From an uncultured virus (IMG/VR IMGVR_UViG_3300032288_005130) (lineage: Duplodnaviria > Heunggongvirae > Uroviricota > Caudoviricetes), in IMG/VR virus record IMGVR_UViG_3300032288_005130: a DNA stretch of 64,000 nucleotides. One strand, given 5' to 3'. Every line of letters starts with the position of its first letter. The first letter of the stretch is position 1. The notes under the pieces were generated by a model. That model did not search any database. It worked only from the letters and a program-made list of their open reading frames with translations, and was not told the DNA's origin. The position numbers and the translations under genes are program-made. Shown one piece after another: positions 11,101 through 20,981 of this stretch.

Positions 11101-13267
11101 ACCTAACAATCCTTTTGGTGCTCTATTAGATCCAAGAAATATTGTTAATAGACAATTATATGAGGAAAATCCACTAGTTAATAAGTATTCAAGTGATATC
11201 TATGGTCAGAGCTCTGAGGGAGATCCAACTAAAATAGCTATAGTTTATAGATATATGAAATCTGAGTTTGATACTGAAACATATTACCTAATAGAAGGAT
11301 TGCTTCCAATTCTAAATACTGGTGGTGATGGTGCTAGTAATCAAGGAGGCGGTAATAACTCTGGTGGTGGAGGTGGTGGTGGATACTATAAGAAGAAAGA
11401 TTTCTTGGGTGCTATAAAAGTATTTATATCTGTACTTTCTGATATATTCTCAAAATTAATACCAGCAATTAAAAAGCTAATATCTTTATTCAAAAATCCT
11501 GCAAATTTCATAGTTGAAATTATTAAAGAGAAATTGGGAGAGTCCATGAAGGTATTTTCACCAGAGTTTTTAAATGATTATCAACAAATGATTGCTTTAC
11601 CTAAATTAGATCCAAATACTGGTGACAATGTTAGAAAGGAGTTTGTAAAGAATTCTTCTCTAAATGAATATGTTTTTGTTTCACCTACTGGTGATTACAA
11701 AGTTTTATTCGATGGAGCTGCTCTTAAAAAATTAGAAATACTCGGTCTTACTTTAATATTTGGAATAGAAGTTAATCATAAAAAATCCGTTCCTATAAAA
11801 CTAATATTTAAAGTAGATTTAAAATCAGCAACTGAAAATAGTTTACAATCTATCTTAGATGGTAGTGCTAAGGATCAAAATCTTGGTGGTGTTGGTAATA
11901 CTCAACAGGGAACTGGAACACCAAACTCAAATGGTAATAATCCAGCAGCTGGATCAATTGACCAAGTGTTAAATGGTGAATCGGTTTCAATAGTTTATTC
12001 AACTGGTAAATACATAGAGGGGATTAATTATAAATATATTTATGTTACTGAATATGTTTCTAGGTTAGTAAATGAAGCGAATCAATTAGCTCAGTCTGAT
12101 GATGTAGACCAATTAAATGAAGCTATGAGAAAGTATGATGAGGCTTTACAAGCTGACCCATCTAATACTTTTATTTTAGATAAGTTGAAAGAATTAATGA
12201 AGAAGATTCCAAACTATATGTCAAGTTTAATGGAGTTACTTCTTGCTTTAATTACAGCTCCTCTTAAATTGGTTACTCAAGTAGTTGAATATATTATTGG
12301 AGTATTTACAAACTTAAGTTTTGGTTCATTTATACCTAAGATAGTAGAGTTTTTATCATTTACTTGGTTAGTAACATCTGGTCCAAAAATATTTGGACCT
12401 GCTAACTTATTTAAAGTTTTTGGTTTAGAAACCCTACCACTTGTTCTACCACCGCCATTCACTGATGCTGGTTGGTCACAAGCTGCTGCTTTAATGGCAC
12501 TATATAAGGCTGGTATAGTACCACCGACTTCTAATATAAAACCAAAATATAATCCATATCCAACTGATAGAACTACATCTGGTATAGACTTTAATAAAGT
12601 TTTAAGTTTCACATTTGGTCCTTTTGCTAAAAAACCATCTATAGAAAAGAGTATTTCACCAGTTGGTATGGCGTCTATGTCAAAGGAACATATATTAACA
12701 ATATTTAAGAAATCACCAAATATAGAGTATGATAAGTTTAGTTTGAAAGTTGGAGTACCTCCTATTATGGAGTTAATTTCTCAATTTATTTGTTTGATAG
12801 AAGCTTTTATAAATGCTATAATAGATTTATTTTGGGCCATACTTGGTTTAGAATTAGTTATACCACCAGAAAAAGTGCATTTGAAATTGTGTAAAAAGTT
12901 TAGTGAACCTGGTCTAACTCCTGAGGAAGCCAATAGTATATTAAATCCACCAAGTGGTGGAAGTGCAACAGCTTCTGCAGCTAGTCTTGGATTACAAAAT
13001 GATGGATATAGTTTTATTTATACAGTTACAACAAAAGATGGGGTTGTTAAAGACCTAAATGATCAACAATTACAAGAATGGATATCTGAACACTCGGAAT
13101 ATCAGTATGAATATCAATATAACAATAATGCAGAAGTTAAACCAACTCCACCAGAGCCAATTAATAATGATCCTGGTAATGTGTACAATAGACTAGGTAG
13201 TCTTGGATTAAATACAAATCCTGATTCTATTCCACAAAATAAAATGTGGGATATAAATAAGATTTAA
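8129..13267 (+). CDS. large 1712-aa protein, probably virion/structural
   Basis: Size, Gly/Asn/Thr-rich linkers, internal repeat (IYSTGKF...YKFTYI / VYSTGKY...YKYIYV), GAATATATA late-like motif upstream; function is inferred. Confidence 0.6.
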   Translation: MGYIFYPSGGKFHVSLALPGQDSVILKGIGKEGKTNFLVPNIEYLIQCAIQGELGIADSIRKAKAVQNLNKCKSPETLKFLAKSLGVTIDGDPEKFRKTNGYAIPSSAVFLNNSMSPVAKADLGSVVSSFQNQGGETPHVEIPKSMEDIGLKALEKAAIKASLEQYKPWIEIAKLLIQHLAQIEDVIARVMAVGLPSKIPKGNAGTTSRPKAIGYGNAAEIKSGIGKVDSLNRKMAAKRAKRYGTGTQSGLTASISPTASNSNGYGTDSSVLPSGFEYQILSTIYSTGKFDPYVDYKFTYIDIDDDELGQLDEDFNGLDFDDNDPYKDKRPGSIIFGLYDSKGNQIDPSSNIRSYIKQPNGNLDYQGEIDVDAAAGTQGVKKADWIERQRGVRWFGNFSTRGATYKWEGYGDSPTNPSGGDPFKEYKQLFYDGTNRDAQTTNPTTDGEPNSPVLSFSQDEKNEYVELLMTTVDYKFNKLQPGELTPEEKTSYRQKINDEATQNVQAILEGMTLYGFVKSMRNYGVKNPDGTNASVPINLINSYRPKKVTISNGEQIWIDPETDYDMKLIRIDPITKIKYQLPGSATEREAEILRFVKNTVEISINDSSNFNIDIIRNMPDSNNSSILRWEPFVAFTTQVAGRYENINKFTLDNWNYRTGSVELYKVTPDVKLNTSPRTLIRIWSQTAPKYWSTTSEFSWKSGSNNYIFKKLTGGNWKIGKYEEVINNNNELKNNWGNKLTTYYIDDDIIKGVRVRDSYSYGGQERYYYDNIYEWYYKQSNGFLGWTSSVPPLIVWTANQRETTVVKKSGTPKEVNDPNDILITETTKYKISIENNKYDISATQSTLQYKFSVRYTKITQTYKSLTDDYIETDSKAGLFNGVNQNLKLGNKIEIPLGNSKSTYAYFNQNNILTNWEYLFFDTGDTGTTLDNFLPNDTGKKITWTLNANQIGQPALAYLPFSNSGSPQDANATSKLFTVQTTAIPPNQIRLKEPNNPFGALLDPRNIVNRQLYEENPLVNKYSSDIYGQSSEGDPTKIAIVYRYMKSEFDTETYYLIEGLLPILNTGGDGASNQGGGNNSGGGGGGGYYKKKDFLGAIKVFISVLSDIFSKLIPAIKKLISLFKNPANFIVEIIKEKLGESMKVFSPEFLNDYQQMIALPKLDPNTGDNVRKEFVKNSSLNEYVFVSPTGDYKVLFDGAALKKLEILGLTLIFGIEVNHKKSVPIKLIFKVDLKSATENSLQSILDGSAKDQNLGGVGNTQQGTGTPNSNGNNPAAGSIDQVLNGESVSIVYSTGKYIEGINYKYIYVTEYVSRLVNEANQLAQSDDVDQLNEAMRKYDEALQADPSNTFILDKLKELMKKIPNYMSSLMELLLALITAPLKLVTQVVEYIIGVFTNLSFGSFIPKIVEFLSFTWLVTSGPKIFGPANLFKVFGLETLPLVLPPPFTDAGWSQAAALMALYKAGIVPPTSNIKPKYNPYPTDRTTSGIDFNKVLSFTFGPFAKKPSIEKSISPVGMASMSKEHILTIFKKSPNIEYDKFSLKVGVPPIMELISQFICLIEAFINAIIDLFWAILGLELVIPPEKVHLKLCKKFSEPGLTPEEANSILNPPSGGSATASAASLGLQNDGYSFIYTVTTKDGVVKDLNDQQLQEWISEHSEYQYEYQYNNNAEVKPTPPEPINNDPGNVYNRLGSLGLNTNPDSIPQNKMWDINKI

Positions 13268-13309
13268 ACTTTTACAACTGGTTTCATATAAATAAAAAAT
13301 ATAATTATT

Positions 13310-13522
13310 ATGGGAAATAGCAGACATAGAAAAGGACACAAAGAAAAGCTTCAAGCAAGAAAAAACAAATTACAACAAGACAAGAACAGAGCTCAAAAGA
13401 TGCAGAAAGAATTCATTATGAATTTAATTAAACAAGAGCAAGAAAAGGGTATGTTTGAAAACAATCCAATTATACCATCTGCGATTACAGATGCAACTAT
13501 AATTGAAGGACCTTCTATTTAA
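13310..13522 (+). CDS. small basic hypothetical protein
   Basis: ORF track; Lys/Arg-rich N-terminus. Confidence 0.7.
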   Translation: MGNSRHRKGHKEKLQARKNKLQQDKNRAQKMQKEFIMNLIKQEQEKGMFENNPIIPSAITDATIIEGPSI

Positions 13523-13707
13523 TTTAAGATAAGATTGAAAATTGAAACCGGTTTTGTTAATTCAGTTCTTTGACTTAACACTGAACTAACTTTATTAACT
13601 AAGTATTTTCTAGCTAGTTCTGTTTTACTACAAGACGGGTTTTCAATTTTTAATTTTGTGAAATACCAATTGGCTAAAAGAATAGAGTCAATATCTGTTT
13701 TATTCAT
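13519..13707 (-). CDS. hypothetical protein
   Basis: 62-aa ORF filling a gap. Confidence 0.45.
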   Translation of the reverse strand: MNKTDIDSILLANWYFTKLKIENPSCSKTELARKYLVNKVSSVLSQRTELTKPVSIFNLILN

Positions 13708-13782
13708 ATAGATGAAACTTTTTTCATAGCATATATATAAAATAAAAAAATCATTTTTTTAAAATATTAAAAAAAAAATAAC

Positions 13783-14844
13783 ATGAAATCTAAAATAAAT
13801 TTAAATATAAATAAAGATGATTATAATATCAATGATTTTCTTCAATGCTGGGATGAGTTTGATTCAAGACCAAACAAAATAGTTCTTTATAATCAATACT
13901 CAACAAAGTTATTTAATGAGTTAATTATTGGTAAATCAGAGAATAGATTTACTGAAATTATACCATCAGATGATTTCAATATAGTTAATGAAAAAGTTTT
14001 TGTTAAGATAAGTGATGATATATTTATATCTTATCTAACAATGGATAAGGATTGTGATAATTCAACAATAAATGAAATAGCTTTCTTTTATAAAGACTAT
14101 GATAGTAATTTTGAAAAGATTCAAGAGGTTATCGAACAACTTAATTCTTGCCTTATTGAGATTACAGAAGAAAATGAAAGATATAAATTAAATACAATAT
14201 CATTATCACAGAATGGTCTAGAAATAGAACCTGTTGAAATGACTTCTGTTGATATTGAAAACTTTGATTTTTATTACTCTGATAAAACAATGAAGAGTTT
14301 AGACAAAGCTATAAAGTCTATCAAAAAGTCAAATAAAGGTCTTACAATATTATACGGTGAAAGAGGAACTGGTAAAACATCAACTATCAACTATATCACA
14401 ACTAAATTGGAAAGTATTGTAATTTTTATACCAAATAATATGGTTGAAAACACTATAAATAATCCAGAGTTTAGAAAGTTTCTTAAAAAATATTCTAAAC
14501 CAGTTATAGTAATTGATGATTGTGAAATGTTTTTTAATGAGGCATTTGCTAAGTCAAATATCTTTGTTAATAACTTATTACAAATGGTTGATGGTTTCTT
14601 ATCAGATTCAATGGAAGTAAATGTTATAACCATCTTTAATGTTGAAGATGAAGATGAGATAGACCATTCATTAATTGATTGTAATAATTTAACTGATATA
14701 ATTAAATTTGATTACTTATCAGAAGAAGAGTCTAATGAATTATCTAAGCACTTAGGTCAAGATAAGAAATATAAAAACAAAAGCAGACTTGTTGATATAA
14801 TAAAGAAAAGGAAAAACAAGGCTTCTAAAGAGATAGGCTTTTAA
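13783..14844 (+). CDS. AAA+ ATPase domain protein
   Basis: Walker A GERGTGKT, Walker B-like IVIDDCE, LLQMVDG, C-terminal IGF. Confidence 0.8.
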   Translation: MKSKINLNINKDDYNINDFLQCWDEFDSRPNKIVLYNQYSTKLFNELIIGKSENRFTEIIPSDDFNIVNEKVFVKISDDIFISYLTMDKDCDNSTINEIAFFYKDYDSNFEKIQEVIEQLNSCLIEITEENERYKLNTISLSQNGLEIEPVEMTSVDIENFDFYYSDKTMKSLDKAIKSIKKSNKGLTILYGERGTGKTSTINYITTKLESIVIFIPNNMVENTINNPEFRKFLKKYSKPVIVIDDCEMFFNEAFAKSNIFVNNLLQMVDGFLSDSMEVNVITIFNVEDEDEIDHSLIDCNNLTDIIKFDYLSEEESNELSKHLGQDKKYKNKSRLVDIIKKRKNKASKEIGF

Positions 14845-14863
14845 AAAATAAATATATAGTCAC

Positions 14864-15193
14864 ATGATATCTGAATTAAGAGATGAAGAAATATTAGAAT
14901 TTCTAATGACTTCGGAATTTGAAGGAGATTACTCACCAGAAGAGTTAAAGTATTTACTTATAAAATGGAGATACTTTTACAGACTTGCAAATGGTAGAAT
15001 AGAAAGGGTAACAACTGATAGTGAAGGAGCAATTAGAAAGTTAAACGCTGATATAGATATGTTAAATAATAAGATTAATAATATATCAACAGAGTGTGCT
15101 AATAAAGATAACTTAATTAACTCTTTAAAAAGTAGAAAACTTACTTGGAAAGAGAGATTATCAGGAAAAATTAATAATGAAAATGAAAATTAA
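14864..15193 (+). CDS. coiled-coil hypothetical protein
   Basis: ORF track; AAATATATA motif just upstream. Confidence 0.7.
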   Translation: MISELRDEEILEFLMTSEFEGDYSPEELKYLLIKWRYFYRLANGRIERVTTDSEGAIRKLNADIDMLNNKINNISTECANKDNLINSLKSRKLTWKERLSGKINNENEN

Positions 15194-16307
15194 TGAATTC
15201 AAACAACTTGAAGACAAGATAAACAACCAAAACTTTAATAAAGGTTATAAAACAATTAATATTGTTATGACCTTTTTATCTTATTTTGGACATGTTGCTT
15301 CTATCTTTTTAGCTTATTTTATCTTATCTAAAGTTCTATCAGGTGCTATGACTAATAACCCAGTTGCTGTTTTTATAGCTTCTATTGTTATTCTATCAGG
15401 ATTAGAATTATTAAAAAGAGATATTTTTGATAAGTTCTCTATTCAATACTTAAAAGCTAAAGCATTTACAAAAGATGTTATGCCTCTATTCTTGTTAAGT
15501 CTTACAATTATATCAATTTCTTTTTATGCTTCAATTAGTGGTGCTAAAGAGTTCTCATCTAAAAGTCAAGAGATTGAAGTTGAAACTAAACAAACAATAA
15601 CAAATTACAAAGATAGTTTAACTATTGTTTATGGTGATAAGGTTAAAGTAGTTGAAGATGAAATTAAAACTACTAAATCTAAAATAGAATCTAAAGATAA
15701 AGAACAAACAGACTTAGAAGCTATTCAACCACCAACTCGTTCAGCTAAACAAAGAATTAAAGATTTAAAAGAAGAAAAAACAACTTTAAGATCTGATGTT
15801 GCTAAATTAGAAGGAGATGTTGTTAAACTAAAAGATGAGTTAGCTACCGTTATTAAACAAAAAGAAACTGAAGTAGGCTCTGAGTCAGAAAGTAAAAAAG
15901 AAAGTAATAGCTCTAACTCATTAGCATTTATTTTAATCTCAACTTTAATTGAAATTACAATCTTAGCTGGTGTTTACTTCAATGAATATTATAAATTCCG
16001 CTCATATAGAGAATTTAGAGATAAGATTGAGAAAGATCCTAACTATCAAAAGTGGATGCTTTATGACCATGTTTTAACTATTGTTTATACAGAAGATACT
16101 AAGATGAATCAAAAGTTACCTTCTAATAAGGCTATCATTGATATGTGTAAGGTAAATGATATTATTGTAATGCCTAAAGATGTTATAGACTTCTTAAAAG
16201 TAATGAATGGTCTTGGTATCATAAAAACAAGTGGTGCTACTAGATATATTAATAAACAAAGAGATTTAGCATTTGAGGTTTTAAGAAAGAACTTCAACAT
16301 TGAATAA
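15177..16307 (+). CDS. membrane protein with a long coiled coil
   Basis: Three N-terminal hydrophobic helices, a K/E-rich coiled coil and a fourth hydrophobic helix. Confidence 0.75.
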   Translation: MKMKINEFKQLEDKINNQNFNKGYKTINIVMTFLSYFGHVASIFLAYFILSKVLSGAMTNNPVAVFIASIVILSGLELLKRDIFDKFSIQYLKAKAFTKDVMPLFLLSLTIISISFYASISGAKEFSSKSQEIEVETKQTITNYKDSLTIVYGDKVKVVEDEIKTTKSKIESKDKEQTDLEAIQPPTRSAKQRIKDLKEEKTTLRSDVAKLEGDVVKLKDELATVIKQKETEVGSESESKKESNSSNSLAFILISTLIEITILAGVYFNEYYKFRSYREFRDKIEKDPNYQKWMLYDHVLTIVYTEDTKMNQKLPSNKAIIDMCKVNDIIVMPKDVIDFLKVMNGLGIIKTSGATRYINKQRDLAFEVLRKNFNIE

Positions 16308-16535
16308 ATGGAATCTGGCGATGTTTTAATTTATTTAGGAGGAGATACCTTTTTAGATGATAAATTAACTATTGGTGATAAGTATACCATTAATAAATTG
16401 ATAATTTTAGATCAAATAAGTTATGTTACATTTAATGAAATGAACTATGCTTCTTACCAATATACAATAGATAAACATTTTAAAAATATATCTAAAGAAA
16501 GAGAAATAAAGTTAAACTCCTTACTTAGTCAATAA
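16308..16535 (+). CDS. small LT-x-G-x-x-Y family protein with C-tag variant (EREIKLNSLL)
   Basis: LTIGDKYTI motif and C-terminal tag. Confidence 0.7.
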   Translation: MESGDVLIYLGGDTFLDDKLTIGDKYTINKLIILDQISYVTFNEMNYASYQYTIDKHFKNISKEREIKLNSLLSQ

Positions 16536-17338
16536 TGATAGAAACTCCTTTTAACTATACTGGAAGCAAATTCCGTCTACTAGAACAAATACTTCCCCAG
16601 TTTGATTACACTAAACCTTACTTTGTAGATTTATTTACAGGTGGTGGTTCTGTTTATACCAATGTTGTTGATAAGTATGAAAAGATAATAGTAAATGATA
16701 TCATAAGTGATTTAGTAGGTATTCACAGAGAATTGCTAAATAGTGATGATGTTATTAATCTAACAAAATCAATATGTCCTGATAAGACAGATGCTGATGC
16801 TTATGGTAGACTAAGAGATGACTATAATTTAAATCCAACACCAGACAAGTTGTGGGCTCTAATGCTTTCTTGTACTTCAAATATGATGAGGTTTAATCAA
16901 AAGTTTAAATTCAATCAAACATTTGGTAAAAGAACTTGGAATAGTTCAACTCAGAATAAAGTAGATTTATTTACAAAACATATTAGACAATATAAAGATA
17001 AGATTAGATTCACTTCAACTACATTTAGCGAAGTAGATATTTCAAGTGATAAGGTAATGGTTTATGCAGATCCACCATATTCCAATACAGAAGCTGGATA
17101 TAATGCTTATTGGAAAAAAGATGATGATGATAAACTTTATAATTATCTATTAGATATAGATAGAAAAGGATCATCATTTATGATATCTGGTGTGCTAAAT
17201 CATAATGGAGAAACTTGTAAGTTATTAACTAATTTGATATCGGATAAGTTTAATCATAAGATTCTTAAATTTGATTATAATAAAGTATCCAGAGTTGGTA
17301 AGAAAGAAACTGATGAAGTTATAATTATGAACTATTAA
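16535..17338 (+). CDS. dam: DNA adenine methyltransferase (Dam/D12 class)
   Basis: FNYTGSK, DLFTGGGSV and catalytic ADPPY motifs. Confidence 0.9.
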   Translation: MIETPFNYTGSKFRLLEQILPQFDYTKPYFVDLFTGGGSVYTNVVDKYEKIIVNDIISDLVGIHRELLNSDDVINLTKSICPDKTDADAYGRLRDDYNLNPTPDKLWALMLSCTSNMMRFNQKFKFNQTFGKRTWNSSTQNKVDLFTKHIRQYKDKIRFTSTTFSEVDISSDKVMVYADPPYSNTEAGYNAYWKKDDDDKLYNYLLDIDRKGSSFMISGVLNHNGETCKLLTNLISDKFNHKILKFDYNKVSRVGKKETDEVIIMNY

Positions 17339-17387
17339 TAGGAGGTTTATTTTTTAATATATAACCTACTAAAAAATAAAAATAATT

Positions 17388-17603
17388 ATGGAATACTTAG
17401 ACAAATATGACGCTTTAGTTAAACTACTAACTGAAGAGTTTGAGATCGAGGGAAAGAAATTTAATCTAAAAGATGATTTTGAAAAGTTCTTCGTCAAAGG
17501 TAATAAAACAGCAGGGACCAGAATTAGAAAGGTTATGCAAGAAGTGAAAAAACTATCACAGGAAATCAGAACAGATGTTCAAGAATACAAAGAAAAAATC
17601 TAA
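17388..17603 (+). CDS. histone H1-like (Hc1-type) nucleoid protein
   Basis: KGNKTAGTRIRKVMQEVKKLSQEIR matches the KGNKAAGTRARK motif; TAATATATA at 17355-17363. Confidence 0.75.
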   Translation: MEYLDKYDALVKLLTEEFEIEGKKFNLKDDFEKFFVKGNKTAGTRIRKVMQEVKKLSQEIRTDVQEYKEKI

Positions 17604-17606
17604 AAG

Positions 17607-17632
17607 AAAACCACTCAAAAGAGTGGTTTTTT
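17607..17632 (+). terminator. intrinsic terminator
   Basis: AAAACCACTC-AAAA-GAGTGGTTTTTT hairpin with U-tract. Confidence 0.85.
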
Positions 17633-17669
17633 GTTTATAACTTTTGTCTAAAAAAATCATATAATTTAT

Positions 17670-18956
17670 ATGACAATAACAATTATAGGCGGTGGTGTTT
17701 CTGGTACACTTTTAGCAATCAATCTTATTAAGAATCACAAATCTGGTGATTTAGAAATCAACATTATTGAAAAAGATAAAGATAAATTTAATTTAGGTAT
17801 AGCCTATCATACCAGTGAGATAACACACTTATTAAATGTAAGAGCAATTGGTATGTCTATTTTCAAAGATGAACCAGAGCACTTTATTAACTGGTTAAAT
17901 AACAATGGTTATAGTTACACTAAAACCGATTTTGTCCCAAGGTCTATTTTTGGTAAGTATGTTCAATATTACTATAATCAATATGCTAGTAAAACTGATG
18001 TTAAGGTAAATGTTATCTTTGATGAGGTTGTTAATCTACATCAAAGTGATAAATGGTTTGTTGAATTAACAACACAATCATTAGTATCTGATAAAGTTGT
18101 ATTGGCTTTAGGTCATATTTCAATTGCTGAAATGGATATGTTTAAATATACAAACATATCTAAATACTTTAGAACACCTTGGGTAAATAATATATTTGAT
18201 AGTATTAAACCAACAGATGATGTTCTAATGATTGGTTCTGGATTAACATCTGATGATATTATCTTATCACTAAAAAGTCGTAATCACACAGGTAAGATTT
18301 ATTGTATATCAAGAAGAGGTTTACAACCTTTTAATCATGAAATATTTGAACCTTATCCAAGTTTTTATTCAGAGATTGAAGGTAAAGATATCAATACAAT
18401 CTTTTCAATAGTTAAATCACATCTAAAAGTTGCAAAGAATCCAAGAGCAGTTATTGATTCATTAAGGCCACATACACAAACAATTTGGAAGTCACTTAGT
18501 ATATCTGATAAATCAAGATTTTTAAGGCATGTAAATGCTTTATGGAATGTTATTCGTCACAGAATGCCGGAGTCAACATTTGACACATTGTCTCAAATGG
18601 AATCTGATGGTCAATTAAAATTCTTAACAGGTAGAATTAATTCAATTAAGGAAAATGATAGAATATCAATCAATTATTATAATAGATTAAATAGTAACAA
18701 TGTTATTGTAGATGTTATTATTAATTGTATTGGACCTGAATCTAATTATAAAAGAATTAAAATGCCTTTGATATCTAATTTATTAGAAAGTGGTATTGTT
18801 GAGAATAATGATAATGGTATTACAATCAAAGTAGATAACTATAAAATTAAAGATAATCTTTATGTTATTGGGCCTCTATTAAAAGGTGAGTTATTTGAAG
18901 CAACTGCAGTTCCAGAAATTAGGATACAAGCTGAAGAGTTATCAAAGATGTTATAA
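17670..18956 (+). CDS. FAD/NAD(P)-binding oxidoreductase (YdhS-like)
   Basis: IIGGGVSG, GIAY, LLNVRA-x-MS, VPRSIFGKY, IGSGLT, TAVPEIRIQA. Confidence 0.85.
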   Translation: MTITIIGGGVSGTLLAINLIKNHKSGDLEINIIEKDKDKFNLGIAYHTSEITHLLNVRAIGMSIFKDEPEHFINWLNNNGYSYTKTDFVPRSIFGKYVQYYYNQYASKTDVKVNVIFDEVVNLHQSDKWFVELTTQSLVSDKVVLALGHISIAEMDMFKYTNISKYFRTPWVNNIFDSIKPTDDVLMIGSGLTSDDIILSLKSRNHTGKIYCISRRGLQPFNHEIFEPYPSFYSEIEGKDINTIFSIVKSHLKVAKNPRAVIDSLRPHTQTIWKSLSISDKSRFLRHVNALWNVIRHRMPESTFDTLSQMESDGQLKFLTGRINSIKENDRISINYYNRLNSNNVIVDVIINCIGPESNYKRIKMPLISNLLESGIVENNDNGITIKVDNYKIKDNLYVIGPLLKGELFEATAVPEIRIQAEELSKML

Positions 18957-19007
18957 GAAAAAAGGATTCATATTTTTAATATATAATAAACAAATTAACA
19001 TTAAAAT

Positions 19008-19595
19008 ATGAAAAAATTTAGTAATATAACAAATCAGAAAGTTGGTCAAGAACCAAAGATAGAAGTAAAATTAAATGAAGAAGATCTTTTCAAGGTAAAG
19101 ATTTTGAATTTAATGGATCAATTATTGACTATAAGAACTTATGGTCCAGTTGATAAACATCAAAGAGCTGGTTTAATTAAAATTGCTGGGAAAGAAATGT
19201 TTTTAGAAGCATTACTTGGCTTATTTAGTGATAAAACATTAAAAGAACAAGCTAAGTTATTAGAAAGTCTTAAATCTGAAGTAAGAGACTGGGAAATGAT
19301 TGATGTTAAGATTAATGATGTTAATACTAAAATTTCTGAATCAAAAGAGAAAAATGAATTATTGTCTCAAAAAAGAAATTTAATTAGTTTATATAACAAA
19401 TATAGCGATGATGAAGAATTATTAATTCAAATGGTTGAGAAAGCATGTGATAAGATTAAATCATCAGAAACCGCTCATAAAAGAGCCCTAACAGCCGATC
19501 TAATAGCGAATGAGGGAAAGTATTCAAAAGAGATTTTTATCAAAATTTCAGAAAAATTTCACACTAAAGCACAACAATTAGGTTATAATGGATAG
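19008..19595 (+). CDS. hypothetical protein, putative late gene
   Basis: TAATATATA at 18977-18985; starts MKKFSNI. Confidence 0.75.
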   Translation: MKKFSNITNQKVGQEPKIEVKLNEEDLFKVKILNLMDQLLTIRTYGPVDKHQRAGLIKIAGKEMFLEALLGLFSDKTLKEQAKLLESLKSEVRDWEMIDVKINDVNTKISESKEKNELLSQKRNLISLYNKYSDDEELLIQMVEKACDKIKSSETAHKRALTADLIANEGKYSKEIFIKISEKFHTKAQQLGYNG

Positions 19596-19603
19596 AATCC
19601 TAT

Positions 19604-20218
19604 ATGGAAACTATTAATATAAACACAAACACTATAAACTCATCAATTATTGGTGAGATTTCTCAAAATATTATATTAGTAGACTCTAATCCAACTAGAA
19701 TAGAATCAGTTGAGACCGTAAAGGTAAAATCTCAAATAAAGCAGATTAAGACTCATATGATTTATGAGTTAGTTAGTAGATATGTAAATGCTAAATTTGA
19801 TATATCTGATTCATTAACACTTGACTTGATATTTCAATTAAAATCTAAAGAGTCAACAGATATTAAATATTTCAATAGAGGGTTGATTAAGAACCTATTA
19901 GGTAGAAATCCACAAATCATATTAGATAATTTAACTAATTGTGATTGGATAATAACTTCTAGTAAGATTTTAGATGAATTGTCTAAATTAGATAATTTTA
20001 AATTAATAGATAAAAGTATATCTGGTATTCTAGCATCAGGTAAGATAAACAATATAAGTTTCTATATCACTAATCAAATAAATGAAAATGATATTATCAT
20101 AGGTAACTCTGAATCAATTACTGCAATAATTAATAAAAATATAGTATTTGATGGTGATCTAGTATCTATTGAATTTCTATTTATAGATAAAGGAGTTAGA
20201 AGACTAACATTAAAATGA
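19604..20218 (+). CDS. hypothetical protein (weak resemblance to part of T4 gp23-like capsid proteins)
   Basis: WIITSSKILDEL...GKINNISFY...IIIG; resemblance judged by eye only. Confidence 0.55.
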   Translation: METININTNTINSSIIGEISQNIILVDSNPTRIESVETVKVKSQIKQIKTHMIYELVSRYVNAKFDISDSLTLDLIFQLKSKESTDIKYFNRGLIKNLLGRNPQIILDNLTNCDWIITSSKILDELSKLDNFKLIDKSISGILASGKINNISFYITNQINENDIIIGNSESITAIINKNIVFDGDLVSIEFLFIDKGVRRLTLK

Positions 20219-20484
20219 GTGACTTCACTAATAAACAAATTGAGATGTTATATGAGATGTCTGAAATACATTTTCAGTGGTTTCAAAAATACACACCAGA
20301 AACAGGAATTTCATTTGAAGAAGTTCTAAAACTAAATCATCAAAAGATGATGGATATAGCTGATTCTTGTTTTGATTGTTCGGAAGATATGATAGACTTT
20401 ATATTTGAGGCGATAATTCGAGATTATAAAGAAATGTTAGAAGGTTATAACTTTGATGAAGGTGACTTTGAAGATTTAGACTAG
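20215..20484 (+). CDS. acidic hypothetical protein
   Basis: ORF track; ATGA-coupled. Confidence 0.7.
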   Translation: MSDFTNKQIEMLYEMSEIHFQWFQKYTPETGISFEEVLKLNHQKMMDIADSCFDCSEDMIDFIFEAIIRDYKEMLEGYNFDEGDFEDLD

Positions 20485-20847
20485 GTTATCTAAATTCTTT
20501 CTTCTACGGTATTTCTGCTTTGATTTCTCTACTTCATCTTTAATTATATCCTCATAACCACCCATATAATTTCCATAATAGAGAAGTGTTGCGTCTTGTA
20601 CATTTTCTTTAATACAATCATCACAGATGGCAATAATAAATTGGTCACCATCATGAGTTGATCCGTAACCAGCATCAATGATATGAATAATACCATTATT
20701 TATCATACCATTATTAACAGTACTGAGAGTGCCATCTCGTAACTTTTCCTTTTTCCAAACTAAATCTTCTTCAGATTTAGTTTCTTCATTAACACCGCGT
20801 GGATCAAGAGGAGTCACATTATCTTTCTTACAACAAATACAATACAT
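20476..20847 (-). CDS. Zn-binding protein with C-tag variant (RRRKNLDNLV)
   Basis: CICC and CDDC motifs; AGYGSTHDG. Confidence 0.75.
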   Translation of the reverse strand: MYCICCKKDNVTPLDPRGVNEETKSEEDLVWKKEKLRDGTLSTVNNGMINNGIIHIIDAGYGSTHDGDQFIIAICDDCIKENVQDATLLYYGNYMGGYEDIIKDEVEKSKQKYRRRKNLDNLV

Positions 20848-20981
20848 TATAGACTAAATATTTTTTTAATTTTACTCATTCTCTTCACCTTTCTATCATG
20901 ATACTCTTGAAAACTTTGATAATCATCAAAAGTAATTTTATATAGAGACTCTGATATCATTTTCATTTCTTTATTCATCAT
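20847..20981 (-). CDS. 44-aa protein ending KRMSKIKKIFSL, absent from ORF track
   Basis: Translated by hand; ATGA and TAATG overlaps on both sides. Confidence 0.65.
   Translation of the reverse strand: MMNKEMKMISESLYKITFDDYQSFQEYHDRKVKRMSKIKKIFSL

Noticed and set aside
16535..17338. Restriction-modification system
   Set aside because: No adjacent restriction endonuclease is recognisable; an orphan Dam-type methylase is common in large phages.
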